A stretch of 64,000 nucleotides of DNA from Scyliorhinus canicula (Eukaryota), in NCBI RefSeq assembly GCF_902713615.1, contig NW_024055956.1:1-64000 (forward strand), given 5' to 3'. Below are positions 45,480-58,600 of this stretch, in pieces. The translations under genes were made by a program, and so were the position numbers. How positions within the stretch are numbered: the stretch's first letter is position 1; each line of letters starts with the position of its first letter. A model generated the notes under the pieces. That model did not search any database, was not told the origin of the DNA, and saw only the letters and a list, made by a program, of their open reading frames with translations.

Positions 45480-46600
45480 TCAGATTAGAACCTGAGTTAG
45501 TCCGAGCTGCAAACCATCCCTCCAGATCCTGGCCCTTCATGGATTTAATGAAGGCCAAGGCGATAGTTGGATTATTGAAAGACTTGATGGAGTTGTTGGA
45601 GACCATTTTTGGGGTCTCAGGATAAAGCCTGACGTAATTTACGACCCACGGGCTTGAGCTGCCTTTGAACTTCATCGAAGCCTCGACACTTTGTTTGTGT
45701 TGCTGCCGAAAGTCCTAAATCCTCCCTCTCTTCTGGAGCCAGACGCCACCTCACCGTTCCCTCTCGAAAATGAAAATCGCTTATTGTCACGAGTAGGCTT
45801 CAATGAAGTTACTGTGAAAAGCCCCTAGTCGCCACATTCCGGCGCCTGTCCGGGGAGGCTGGTATGGGAATCGAACCATGCTGCTGGCCTGCTTGGTCTG
45901 CTTTAAAAGCCAGCGATTTAGCTGAGTGAGCTAAACCAGCCCCTCTCCAGGACATTCTGGCGATCTTTCCAGTTGTGGAAGTAAATGATTATAGGCCTGT
46001 GATGAAAACTATCCCTCAGCCTCAGGGACAGGATACGATACATCCTTTCTAATTTGGAACACCCAGGCTTCACATCCAGCTTGAGAAAACGTGGCTTCCG
46101 GTCCTCGAAGAACTAACGGGATCCTTACCATCCACACCTTCTGACAGGCCGCCAACTCGGATGTTCTTTCTCCGACACTCGGTTCTCCAAATCCTCCAGG
46201 ACCTCCGCCAGGCACCCAGCTGGTTTTCAAAGGATTGAATTCTTGCCTCCGTCGAGGAGGCATCTTGCTGAATGTTCAGGTTCTCTCCTCCGGATCATCG
46301 AGCCTCTTCCTGGTGTTTTGCAGCTGGGCCTCATGAGCTCACAGATATTGAGTCAGCACACTCCGCCTCTGGTCAGTAACACGGATAATGTCGGCAGTCA
46401 ACATTTTCGCCACCTCTTGAGAGAGCCCCACAGAGCGCGGGATCGTGAGACCTCCTGAGGGTCAGGCCGCATTGTTGAAAAGGCGGCTTAATTCCCGCTG
46501 AATCCACCTGCCCTGTTTTATCAGCGCATTTCTTCACTTTTTACAGCATAATCCTTCCAGACCGAACCCTGAAGTCTTCCAGGGACATGATAACAAATAT
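45480..46600 (-). mobile_element. L1 ORF1 remnant, interrupted by a SINE
   Basis: Minus strand gives LEDLENR//RRKNIRVGGLSEG (ORF1p motif, frameshifted) and RGFDEVQRQL. Confidence 0.65.
45769..45943 (-). mobile_element. tRNA-derived SINE (AGGGGCTGGTTTAGCTCA family), young
   Basis: Nearly identical to the reverse complement of 49775-49947. Confidence 0.92.
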
Positions 46601-47526
46601 TAATTCAAGGATTAGGTAGATGAGTGCCAGGCAATCAGGATAAGTGACAGATCATAGGTCAGTGGCACCAGAACCTGCGGAAAACAAGCTAATCCCATTC
46701 CGGTGGGAGGGATTTCTTCACTCGAGGATGTGGTGAAGCTTTGGAATTCTCTACCTCCGAGGATTCTGCAGCTTCAGTCGTCAAGTATGTTCAAGACACA
46801 GATTGACAAGTTTCTGGATATTGAAGATGTCGAGGGATATGGGGATAAAGTGGGAAAACGGTGCTGAGGTAGATCGGCTAAGGATCCCATTGAATGGTTC
46901 AGCTTCAATGGGCCGAATGGCCGACTGCAACTCATATTTGTTATGATCTCCTGGACAGGAAGCTGTGAGTTTGGATCTGTTAATCAACATGAATCAGCAC
47001 CTTCAGGAGAATTGGGAGGGTGAATATTAGATACAGCAGAGTGAGAATGGAGGGAGATTGTGTGGGATGGAGATTTACAGCTCTCAGGGAATAAGAGAGA
47101 GGAAACAATGTGACATAGAAACTAGCATTGTCTGTTCTGAGTTTCAATCCTGTACTGACAGTGATGAATTTTGTAAATTGTTTCTTCCAGGATATTAGAC
47201 AAGGAGGAATTACAGCTAGAAATCTCAAATGTTACGTCCCGATCTGACAGCCACTCCCTTCCTTGAAACCTGAATACCATCGGGCTTTCAATCTAGAAGG
47301 AGAAATGTTTACCCAAACTGTTAGCTAAACATTTCAACCATTAGTGCGACTGGAAAAGCACCGAGACCCACACAACACACACCCGAGTGAGAGAGTTCCA
47401 GTGAACTGACTGGAAAGAGCTTTAACCAGTTACACAGCCTGAAAAACATAACATTCAGAGTACCCATGTTGTGGATGAGGCTTCAACTGATTGTCCAACC
47501 TGGAGAGACGTGAGGAGACACAAAAC

Positions 47527-48345
47527 ATGGAGAAACCGTGGAAATGTGGGGATTGTGGGAAGGGATTCAGAGTCCCATCTCAGCTGGAAATTCATCAACG
47601 CAGTCACACCGGGGAGAGGCCGTTCTCCTGCTCCCAGTGTGGGAAGGGATTTACTCAGTTCTCCAGTCTGCAGACACACCAGCGAGTTCACACTGGGGAG
47701 AGGCCATTCACCTGCTCAAAGTGTGGGAAGGGATTTATTCGGTTATCCACCCTGCAGACACATCAGCGAATTCACACTGGGGAGAAGCCATTCACCTGCT
47801 CCCAGTGTGGGAAGGGATTTACTCAATTATATCACCTGCAGAGACACCTGCGAGTTCACACTGGGGAGAGGCCATTCACCTGTCCTCAGTGTGGGAAAGG
47901 ATTTACTCGAGTATTCAACCTGCAGTCACACCAGCGAGTTCACACTGGGGAGAGGCCGTTCACCTGCTCTCAATGTGGGAAAGGATTTGCTGAAGTATCC
48001 AACCTGCGGAGACACCAGCGAGTTCACACTGGGGAGAGGCCATTTACCTGCTCTCAGTGTGGGCAAGGATTTACTCAATTATCTCACCTGCGGACACACC
48101 AGCGAGTTCAGACTGGGGAGAGGCCATTCACCTGCTCTCGGTGTGGGAAGGGATTCACTCGGTTATCTCACCTGCAGTCACACCAGCGAGTTCACACTGG
48201 GGAGAGGCCATTGATCTGCTCTCAGTGTGGGAAAGGATTTACTCGTTTATTCACCCTGCGGAGACACCAGCGAGTTCATACTGGGGAGACGCTGTCCACC
48301 TCTCCATGTGAGACAGGATTACATGTTTCATCGCACCTCCTGTGA
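47527..48345 (+). CDS. C2H2 zinc-finger protein, 9 fingers (finger 7 ends HQRVQ, lacking the last His)
   Basis: [14 protein letters not shown]… with TGERPF linkers. Acceptor TTCCAG at 47191. Vestigial fingers with a stop and a frameshift lie upstream of the ATG. No KRAB domain seen. Confidence 0.8.
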   Translation: MEKPWKCGDCGKGFRVPSQLEIHQRSHTGERPFSCSQCGKGFTQFSSLQTHQRVHTGERPFTCSKCGKGFIRLSTLQTHQRIHTGEKPFTCSQCGKGFTQLYHLQRHLRVHTGERPFTCPQCGKGFTRVFNLQSHQRVHTGERPFTCSQCGKGFAEVSNLRRHQRVHTGERPFTCSQCGQGFTQLSHLRTHQRVQTGERPFTCSRCGKGFTRLSHLQSHQRVHTGERPLICSQCGKGFTRLFTLRRHQRVHTGETLSTSPCETGLHVSSHLL

Positions 48346-49029
48346 CACCAACAATTTCACAATCGATTACAGGGGTTGGATTCTGCTGTTATTGTTTCTG
48401 CTCTACACCCAGGACTGCATTTTGTTCATTCTGACAGGTGGTCAGTGGGGATGGTTGGAAGGTCTCTTTCTGCTGTACTGGCTGGTCTCACCACTTTGCC
48501 TCCAGTGGGCTGATGCTCTTTGAGCCTTGTTGCTAATACCTGGCTTCAAATTGCACAAGGATCACAGAGTGAAAGGGTGTTTGGAAGTTTGAAGATAGTT
48601 CGTTTCCATTTCTGTTTGGAACCCCCCCAAAGCATGCCATGTTGCCATGGAGATGGGCCCTGGTGGTTACCTGGTTCTTTTGTATAATTTATCTGGGTGT
48701 TCCTCACAGAAGAAAACTATCAGGGTATGAGGGGCAAGTTGTCTGAGGTGGACTGGGAAACTGATTGGTACGGGGAATACCTAATATTTAAGGAATTATT
48801 ACATATTTATCAGGGGGTCGGTCAGCTCAGTTGACCGGACGGCTGGTTGGTGATGCAGAGCAAAGCCAACAGTGAGGATTCAACTCCCGTACTGGCTGGG
48901 TTTATTCATGAATAAACTTCTCAACCAGGCCCCTCGCCTGTGATGTGCTGACCCTCGGGTTAAATCACCTCCAGTCAGCTCTCTCTCTGTCAATGGCGAG
49001 AGCAGCCTATGGTCCTCTGGGAATTTTGT

Positions 49030-50760
49030 GACTTTTATTTCACATATATACAACAAATATAGATTCCTTTAAAGAATAAAAATCCAACAGGAAAAGTGAT
49101 GCAACCGTGGCTAACAAGAAAAGTTAAAGATTCCATGAGATCCATTAGAATTCAGCAAAGGAGGATCAAGAAACTGATGAGAGCAAACTGGGGAGAAACA
49201 TAAAAACCGACTGGAAAAGCTTTGACAGGAATGTGAAAAGGAAAAGATTAGCAAAGACCAATGTGGGTCCATTCCAGGCAGAGACAGGAGAGTTTATAAT
49301 GGGGAGTAAGGAAATGGCAGAGAAATTGAACAATGTGTGTCTGTCTTTACGGAGGAAGATGCAAAAATTTCCCCCAAACCCTAGAGACCCAAGGGGCTCG
49401 TGAGCACAAGGAACAGTAAGAGATGAGAATTAGTGAAAAAGTAGTCCTGGAGAAATTAATGGGGTTGGAAGTGAATAAATCCCCAAAAGCTGATCTACAT
49501 CCCAGAGTGTTGAACAAGATGGCTTTCCTCATTCTAAATTCTCCTGACTCTATCTGTAATGGACAAACGTTTCCTTTTTACGTACCTATAGAAACCTTTA
49601 CCACCGTCCATTTTTATGTAGTTTGCTGGTTCACATTCATATTCTATTCTCCCTCGCTTTCTCGGTGTCTTGGTCCTTTGCTCTATTATAAAATCGTCCC
49701 AATCCTCAGGTTTATTCCTATTTCTGACAATATTATCGGCCTTTTCTTTCAATCTTTTACAAAACTTCACTCCTAGGGGCTGGTTTAGCTCACTGAGCTA
49801 ATTCGCTGGCTTTTAAAGCAGGCCAGCAGCACGGTTCGATTCCCGTACCAGCCTCCCCGGACAGGCGCCGGAATGTGGCGACTAGGGGCTTTTCACAGTA
49901 ACTTCATTGAAGCCTACTCGTGACAATAAGCGATTTTCATTTCATTTCCCTCTGTTAGTCACGGTTCTCTGACCTTTTGGGGTTCTTGTGCCTTGAAGGA
50001 ATGTAAAGTGTGTAATAATTATTGAAAGTCTATCCATTGCCTGTGGACTGTCACACATTTTAATTTACTTACCCCAATCCACCTCAGCTAATTTATCCCT
50101 TCTACGTTCATAATTTCCTTCAAACTTAATACCCTGGCTTCGGATTGGAATACCTCATATTCAATATTCTGGTCACTCATCCCTAAAGGTTGTTTTCAGC
50201 GCGATTATCAATTAGCCCTTTATCATTGCATAATATTAGATCTACAAGAGCCTGTTCTCTAGTCGATTCCTCAACTTACTGCTGTAGATAACTGTCCCTA
50301 ACACACTCCAGAAACGTGTCCTCCACAGCATCAGTGCCCATTAGGTTTACCCAGTATATATGCAAATTGAAGTCATCCATTAATGTTTTACCCATGCTAC
50401 ATGCTTCCCTAATCTCCGATTAATACCATGTCCCACACAACCCCTACTGTTTGGTGGCCTATAACAGCTCTTACCAATGTTTCCTGCCCCATGCTGTTTT
50501 TTGGCTCCATCCAAACATATTCCAGGTTTTGTATTCCTGATCTGAGATCCACCCTTACTAATGTTCTGATGCTGTCCCTTATTATCTGAGCAACACCACC
50601 TCCTTTTCCTTTTTGCCTGCATCATCAGCAAACTGAGCGACCATACCTTTGGTACTGTCATCAAAGTCATTGATATAAATTGTAAAACGTTGAGGCTCCA
50701 GCACTGATGGATGTGACACATCACTCATTACACCTTGCCCACCAGAAAATGGCCTATTTA
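49030..50760. mobile_element. CR1 fragments in both orientations
   Basis: ORFs 49423-49776 (LEKLMGLEVNKSP) and 49534-49770 (YIKMDG…FYRYVKRKR). Confidence 0.7.
49775..49947 (+). mobile_element. tRNA-derived SINE (AGGGGCTGGTTTAGCTCA family), young
   Basis: B-box GGTTCGATTCCC; CATTT repeat tail. Confidence 0.92.
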
Positions 50761-50967
50761 TGCCTACTCTCGGTTTTCTGGCAGCTGGCTAATCTTTCAC
50801 CGTGAAAGACAGTTCTGGGATTAAAGGCTGCCTGACTGTGAAAAGAACGGAAGTAAATCCTCGGGAATGACTCATTAATTAGGACTGGTTCTGAGATAAT
50901 TCAGTTTCGACTTGCAGGGCAGAGTAACCATAATTGTACAGTTTGAATTTAGATTGCGTAACTTTAG

Positions 50968-51262
50968 TACAGTAACACAGTGGTAAGCACTGTTGCTTCA
51001 CAACGCCAGGGTCCCAGGTTAGATTCCCACTTGGGTCACTGTTGTACAGAGTCTGCACGTTCTCCCCGTGTCTGGGTAGGTTTCCTCCGGATGCTCCGGT
51101 TTCCTCCCAAAAGATGTGCTTGTTAGATGAATTTGGCGTCCTGAATTCTCCCTCTGAGTACCCGAACAGGCGCTCGACTGTGGCGACTCAGGGATTTTCA
51201 CAGTAACATTGCAGTGTTAATGTCAGCCTACTTGTGAAAATAATTAAGATTATTATTATTAA
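50968..51262 (+). mobile_element. HE1-like SINE variant
   Basis: CCGGATGCTCCGGTTTCCTCCC core; GATTATTATTA tail. Confidence 0.85.
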
Positions 51263-51314
51263 AAAAGAGCAAAGTTCTGTGTGTAGGTTAAAATATCTTC
51301 TAGTTTGTTTGAAA

Positions 51315-51650
51315 CATAGACTTTACAGTGCAGAAGGAGGCCATTTGGCCCATCGAGTCTGCCCCGGTACCGGCTCTTTGAAAGAGCACGCTACCCAATC
51401 CCACCTTCCACCCATAACCCAGTAGCCCAACCCAACACTAAGGGCAATCTTGGACACTAAGGCACATGACCAGTTCACCGAACCTACAGATCTTTGGACT
51501 GTGGGAGGAAACAGGAGCACCCGGAGGAAACCCACGCACACACAGGAGAACGTGCAGACTCCGCACAGACAGTGAACCATGCCGGGAACCGAACCTGGGA
51601 CCCTGGAGCTGTGCAGCAATTGTGCTAACCACCATGCTACCAGCGTGCCC
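51315..51650 (-). mobile_element. HE1-like SINE
   Basis: Full head and core, and a CR1-like tail. Confidence 0.9.
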
Positions 51651-51666
51651 ATAAAAGTTTGAACAC

Positions 51667-51739
51667 CGAGCCAGCCAGGAATCGAACCTCGAATCTCCTG
51701 ATTCGTAGTCAGACGCATTATCCATTGCGCCACTGGCCC
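51667..51739 (-). tRNA. tRNA-Arg(ACG), variant, possibly a pseudogene
   Basis: GGGCCAGTGGCGCAATGGATAATGCGTCTGACTACGAATCAGGAGATTCGAGGTTCGATTCCTGGCTGGCTCG, 73 nt cloverleaf. G50:G64 mismatch in the T-stem. TTTT terminator ~10 nt downstream. Confidence 0.85.
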
Positions 51740-51799
51740 ACATGTAACAGTGTGATGCATTAAAAGTCATAAAACTTAAAGGTCCATTGTGTGATTCTT

Positions 51800-53160
51800 T
51801 CATTTGTTGACTGGGAATTCAATTTCTTTTAAAGAAGTTGCTGACATTTATGGAAGCCCTAATCCACAAAATCTGACTTCGGATTTGAACATCGGGTACC
51901 GTTCTGTTTCTATTGCTCGTGTCAAAGGCAGCCAGGTGATGGAGCTGAGGGATGAATTTAGCTGAGAATAAAGGGGCCTGTTCACTAATAGACAGGAAGG
52001 TATTGGAGGCCTGACTTGTGAAATTGACCTCCAACTAATCAGGGGTGGGGTAAGCCTACTTGTGGCAATAAAGATTATTATTCTAAGTGCTTTGCTACAA
52101 AATCTTTGGCAATGGATTCTAGACTTTCCCCCACTGCCGATGTCAGGCTTACTGGTCGATAATTCCCTGTTTTCTCTCTGTATCCCTTTTTTCAATAGTG
52201 GAATTACATAAGGCACACTCCAATCTGCAGGAATTGTTCCAGGGTCTGTAGAATCCTGAAAGGTGACCACCATCAATTTCTACAGCCACTTCTTTTAAGT
52301 ACTTTGGGATGCAGATTATCAGACCCGGGGGATTTATCTGCCTTCAATCCCATCAATTTCCCAACACCATTTCTCTCCTAATATTGATCTCCTTCAGTTT
52401 CCCCCCCTCACTAAATCCTGCTTTCCCCAACATTTCTGGTATCTGATTTGTGCCCTTATTTGTGAAGACAGAACCAAAGTATGTATTTATTTGCTCAGCC
52501 ATTACTTTGTCCCCAATTATACATCCCCCTGTTTCTGACTGTAAGGAACCTACATTTCTCTTCCCCAATCTTTTTCTCTTCACATACCTATAGAAACTTT
52601 TCCAATCAGCCTAATTTCCTGTTTTATGCCATTCCCAACATCATCACTGCAGTTTGGGGGTCGATATACAATGGCCACTAATGTTTTTGCCTCTTGGTGT
52701 TTCTCAGCTCCACCCATACAGATTCCACATTGTTGGAGCTAATATCCTTCCTCACTATTGCATTAATTTCCTCTTTAACCAGCCCTGCCACTCCACTGCC
52801 TTTTCCTTTTGTCTGTCCTTCCTAAATACTGAATATATTCAATTCCCATCCCTGGTCATTCTGCAGCCACGTATCCATAATCCCGATTATAGGACTGAGT
52901 ATAGGAGGAACTTCTTCACCCAAAGGGTTGTGAATCTATGGAATTCCTTGCCCAGTGAAGCAGTTGAGGCTCCTTCATTAAATGTTTTTAAGATAACGAT
53001 AAATCGTTTTTTGAAGAATAAAGCGATTAAGGGTTATGGTGCTCGGGCCGGAAAATGGAACTGTGTCCACCAATGATCAGCCATGATCTCATTGAATGGC
53101 GGAGCAGGCTCGAGGGGCAAGATGACCTACTCCTGCTCCTAGTTCTTATGTTCTTATATC
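51800..53160. mobile_element. CR1 fragments (minus 51800-52885; plus 3' end 52890-53160)
   Basis: ORFs 51848-52276 and 52353-52583 are RT-like. Tail TTCTTATGTTCTTAT. Confidence 0.75.
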
Positions 53161-53184
53161 ACACCTGTTCATGTATATTTGTGC

Positions 53185-53700
53185 AATTCACTTGGTTATG
53201 CCGTCTGCAGTCACACCAGGGAGTTCACACTGGGGAGAGGCCATTCACCTGCCCTCAATGTGTGAAGAGATTTAGTCATTCATCGCACTTCCTAAGACAC
53301 CAACAAGTTCACAACTGATTACAGGGATTGGATTCTGCTGTTCTTGTTTCTGTTCTCAGTTACATCCAGGACTGCATTTTGTTCATTCTGTTGGTCAATG
53401 GGGATGGTCAGAGGGTTTCTTTCTACTGGACTGGCCGGTCTCACGGCTTCGTCTCCAGTGGGCTGATTCTCTCTGAGCCTTCTTGCGAATACCTCGTTTC
53501 ACATTTCACAAGGATCAAAGATTGAAAGGGGGTTTGGAGGTTAGAAGATGTTTCATTACCATTTATGTTTGGAAACCCCCAAAATCATGCCACATTGCCA
53601 TGAAGATGGGCTATGGTGGTTACATGGTTCTTTTTAATTTATCTTGATGCTTCTCACAGAATAAAACTATCGGAGTATGAGGGGCAAGTTGCCTGAGGTG
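53185..53700 (+). pseudogene. 3' remnant of a ZNF gene (last finger and 3'UTR), paralogous to 48260-48720
   Basis: [34 protein letters not shown]. The 3'UTR aligns with that of the 47.5-kb gene. Confidence 0.8.
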
Positions 53701-53796
53701 CACTGGGAAACTACATTGAATAGTATGGTGGGAGACAGGCAATCACTAATATTTGAGGAATCATTACAGATTTACACGGGGATCGGTTAGGTCAAT

Positions 53797-53999
53797 TTTT
53801 TTTTAATGTTATAATTGTAGAGTACCCAATTCATTTTTTCCAATTTACCTACCCTGCACATCTTTGGGTTGTGGGGACAAAACTAATGCAAACACGGGGA
53901 GAATGTCCCAACTCCACACGGACAGTGACGCAGAGCTGGGATCTCGGGACCTCGGCGCCGTGAGGCAGCAGTGCTACCCACTGTGCCACCGTGCTGCCC
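53797..53999 (-). mobile_element. HE1-like SINE inserted in the duplicated ZNF 3' block
   Basis: Head AGGGCAGCACGGTGGCACAGTGG on the minus strand. Confidence 0.85.
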
Positions 54000-54611
54000 T
54001 TCAGTTAGCTCAGTTGACTGGATGTCTGGTTTGTGTTGAGTGACACCAACAGCACAGGTTAAATTCCCATACCGGCTGAGGTTAGCCATGGTCTGTGTCA
54101 GTATGTATGCTCCACATGATCCTCCACCCACCCCTCTACTTCTCCCCCCCCCCCCCCCCCCCCCATCAGCGTCTCCTTATATTCCTTTCTCCCTCACGTA
54201 TGTATCTAGCTTTACGTTCAATGGATTCATGCTGTTCACCTCAACCACTCGCTGTGGTAACGAGTTCCACATTCCCACCACTCTCTGGGTAAAGAGGTTC
54301 TACTGACCTTCCTATTGGATTATTGAATTCCTTCATAATCTGAAAGACGTCCATCAGGTCACCCATCAGTCTTCTCTTTTCCAAAAAAAGCAGCCCCAGC
54401 CTTTCCCGAGTGTTAAATGCTCTCAGTTCTGCATATCATGAATGTTTGTTGCACCTTCTCCAGTGCCTCAATTTCCTTTTTCTGAATGGAGATCATCAAT
54501 GTTGAAAGTGCTCCCAGTGTAGTCTAACCCTGAGCTTATCAATTCTATCCTTTAGAGTGGAAACCTATATAGGGGCCCCACACTTTGGGAAAGATGTGAA
54601 GTTCTTTGAGA

Positions 54612-54963
54612 GGCAGCAGGGTAGCATGGTGGTTAGCATAAATGCTTCACAGCTCCAGGGTCCCAGGTTCGATTCCCGGCTGGGTCACTGTCTGTGTGGA
54701 GTCTGCACGTCCTCCCCCTGTGTGCGTGGGTTTCCTCCGGGTGCTCCGGTTTCCTCCCACAGTCCAAAGATGTGCGGGTTAGGTGGATTGGCCATGCTAA
54801 ATTGCCCGTAGTGTCCTAATAAAAGTAAGGTTAAGGGGGGGGGGGTTGTTGGGTTACGGGTAGAGGGTGGATACGTGGGTTTGAGTAGGGTGATCATGGC
54901 TCGGCACAACATTGAGGGCCGAAGGGCCTGTTCTGTGCTGTACTGTTCTATGTTCTATGTTCT
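54612..54963 (+). mobile_element. HE1-like SINE, full length, young, inside a CR1 remnant
   Basis: Complete head, core and CR1-derived tail (TTCTATGTTCTATGTTCT). Confidence 0.92.
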
Positions 54964-55158
54964 AGAGGGGTAGAGGACATTTACGAGAAAGGCACCAGAG
55001 ATGAGGGACTCAGTTGAAGTGACTGGAGCAGCTGAATTTCTCTCCTGAGATCACAGCATGTGGAGGGTGGGGAATGGGGCCATTCAGCCCTTTGGGACCA
55101 TGTCAGCTCTCTGTTTAGGAAGCCAGTCTGTCCATTGCCTCATTCTGTCCCCGAATCC

Positions 55159-55296
55159 CTGTGGGTTTATTTCTCTGCGTGCCTGTCCAATCGCTGTGGG
55201 TTTATTTCTCTGCGTGCCTGTCCAATCCCTGTGGGTTTATTTCTCTGTGTGCCTGTCCAATCGCTGTGGGTTTATTTCTCTCAGTGCCCATCCAAT
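55159..55296 (+). repeat. Tandem repeat, ~4 x 35 bp
   Basis: CTGTGGGTTTATTTCTCTGCGTGCCTGTCCAATC(G/C) at 55159, 55194, 55229 and 55264. Confidence 0.93.
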
Positions 55297-55665
55297 TTCG
55301 TATTGAAATCCTTCCGTCATTTCTGCATCACCTACGCTCATAGGCAGTAGGTTCCAGGTTGTTACCACTCCCTTTACATGTACACAAGGCTCCTCGAGCA
55401 CAGAGGAGTCTAATTGGCCTATTTTTCCCGTGCCAGCTCTGTACAGTGACCCATTTAATCCCAGAGTTCGACTATTTTGTTTTTTTTTCAAAATGCACAA
55501 CTTCCCTTTTGGAAGTTACAGTGCAATGAGATTCCAGCACCATTTATAGACAGTGCATTCCAAATCACAACAACTCGCTGTGTTTTACAACAAATAATTG
55601 TGCTTATGGTGTGTCTGGAGTATCTCACAGTATCAAAATGGTGTCAACGCCTTGGTTATTACACA

Positions 55666-58600
55666 ATTTTTTAAAAAATTATTTTTATTCTCCTTTTTCA
55701 CACTCTCTCCTGAATTTACACCCACCAATAATAAACAATAATCAGCAACAGATGTGTCAATCCCATAACAATAACAACGATCCCATCCTCCCACCAACCC
55801 CCAAACATCAGCCCGCATGTTAACATAAACAAAGGACAAAAAGAATTGGGGATTATACATAGTCATCCTTAATATACACAGCCCCCTTCCCCCACCACCC
55901 CCCCAACTAATGTTCGATGTTATCCAGTTCTTGAAAGTGCATAATAAATAGTGCCCATGACTTGTCGAACCCCTCCGAGCTTCCCCTCAGTTCAAACTTA
56001 ACCTTCTCACGGGTCAAGTATTCCAACAGGTCTCCCCGCCACACCAGGGCACAGGATGGAGAGGCTGCTCTCCATCCCAGCAGGATCCGCCTTCGGGCGA
56101 TCAACGAGGTGAAGGCTACGATATCTGCCTCCGCACCCGTTTCCAACCCTGGCTGGTCCGACACCCCGAACATGGCCTCCCGAGGACCCGGGTCCAGCTT
56201 CACATGCACCACCTTGGAAATTACCCTAAAAACCTCCTTCCAGTACTCCTCCAGCTTTGGACAGGACCAAAACATCTGAATGTGATTAGCCCCCCCCCCC
56301 CCACCCCTTCCCCCCAGCACTCAGACACATATTTTACTTCAAAGAATCGGCTTATCTTCGCCCTCGTGAGGTGCGCTCTGTATACCACCTTCAGCTGCAT
56401 CAGCCCCAACTTCGCACACGAGGTGGAGGCATTCACTCTCCGGAGCACCTCACACCAGACCCCCTCCTCTATAACCTCTCCCAACTCTTCCTCCCATTTT
56501 GCTTTGATCCCTTCCAGTGGTGCCTTATCGTCTTCCAAAATAGCTCCGTACTGCGCTGACACTACCCCCTTCTCCAGTCCCCTTGTCGTCAGCACCTCCT
56601 CCAGCAATGTGGAGGCCGATTCCTCCGGGAAGCTCTGTATCTCCTTCCTGGCAAAATCTCGAACCTGCACGTATCTGAACATTTCTCCCTGCTCCAGCCC
56701 ATACTTCGCTTCCAGCTCCCTCCTGCAAACCGACCCCAAGAAACAAATCTTTTAGCGTCTTAATCCCCCTTTCGCATTTCCGAAAACTTGCATCCCACTT
56801 CCCTGACTCAAATCTGTGGTTCTCCCGAATCGGCATTTCCCTTGACCCTGCCCCCAACCCGAAGTGTTGGAGAAACTGCATCCAGATTTTCAATGAAGCT
56901 ATTATTACCGGACTCCCTGATTATTTCCCCGGACCAATCGGGAGCGGCGCTGTTGCTAGTTCTTTTAGTCCCGACCCCTTGCACAAACTCTCCTCCACTC
57001 TGACCCAGCTCCGCACCTTCTTCACATTCGCCGCCCAGTAGTAGTACATCAGATTCGGGAGACCCAAACCCCCTGCCTGCCTTCCCCTCTGCAGCGGCAC
57101 CTTTCTAACTCTGGCCACCTTCCCTCCCCATATGAACGAGGTAATCCTTCCCTCAATCTCCCTGAAAAAAGCCTTTGGGGGGCAAATCGGTTGGCATTGA
57201 AAAATAAACAGAAATCGCAGCAACACATTCATTTTAACCGCCTGTACCCGACCCGCCAGTGACAGAGGGAGACCATCCCACCTCGCCAGGTCAGCTTTCA
57301 CTCTCCCCACCAAACTAGTGATGTTGTACCTGCGAAGCCTCCCCCACTCCCAGGCAACCTGCACCCCAGATACCCAAAGTGAGTCCCTTCCCTACGGAAT
57401 TGCAGCCCCCCCACCCCCGGCCGAGACACCACAAAATACTCACTCTTGTCCAGGTTCAGCTTGTACCCCGAGAAAGACCCAAATACCCGCCAGTACCTTC
57501 GCCAATACTTTTGCATCCACATTCAGAAGTGATATGGGCCTATACGACCCACACTTCATCGGATCCTTATTTTTTTTAGCAACATTGAAGTCAATGCCTG
57601 CCCCAAGGTTTGTGGCAACACCCCCTTCCCTATCGCCTCTTCAAACATCCCTACCATCAGGGGTGCCAACTTATCCTTAGATTTTTAAATAATATTCCAC
57701 CGGAAACCCATCCGGCCCTGCCAGCTTCCTGCATCTCACGGTCTCCCTCGGGTGGCTGTGACCTGTGCAACCTCTCATAAAACTCAGAAACCTTGTTAAT
57801 CAGCTCCGGGGCCACTACCAACTTCCCTGCCCTACCCCTCACCTGAAGAATTTCCCTTGCTGCTGCTTCCCTCCAGAGCTGACCTGCTAACAGCCTTATC
57901 TCCATGTTCATAAACTGCACCCTTCTTGCCTCAGTTGGCACACCGCCTTCCTGGTGGATAGTCGGTTGAAGCTCGCCTGTAGTTCCTTCCTCTTTTCCAG
58001 CTTCGCTGGGTCCCCATCTTCTGCATAACTCCTATCTGCCTCCAATATCTCATCTATTACCCTCTGCTGCTCCAACCTCGCCTCTTTGTCCACCCTGGCC
58101 TTAAATGAAATTACCTCACCCCTCCCCACCGCCTTTCGAGCCTCCCAGACAACTGCCTTCGGCACCTCACCCGTACAGTTGAAACCAATATATTCCTTAA
58201 TTACCTTTTCAATTTTCTCACAGAACACTTGGTTCCCCAAAAGCCCCACATCCAGTTTCCACCCCGGCCTCTGCGCTACCCCCTTCTCCAGTATCATATC
58301 CTCCAATGCTGAGCATGATCTGACACTGCAATTGCCAAGTGTTCCGACCCCTTAACCCCAGCCAACAAAGCCTTCCCCACCCGAAAAAGTCGATCCGCGA
58401 ATGTACCTTATGGACTGCTGAGAAAAAAGAGTTTTCCCGTTCCCTCGGGTGCAGAAACGTCCAAGGGTCCACCCCTCCCATTTCCTCCATTAGCCCAGCC
58501 AACGCCTTTGCACCCCCTGATGGGACCAGCGAGCGCGGCCGTGATCTGTCCAACCTTGGCTCCTGCACCAGGTTCCAGTCCCCCCCCCACAATCAGCTTG

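Noticed and set aside
51800-53160. Twin-priming-type inverted CR1
   Set aside because: The inverted part does not extend to the expected breakpoint and no TSD was found. Two independent fragments are equally likely.
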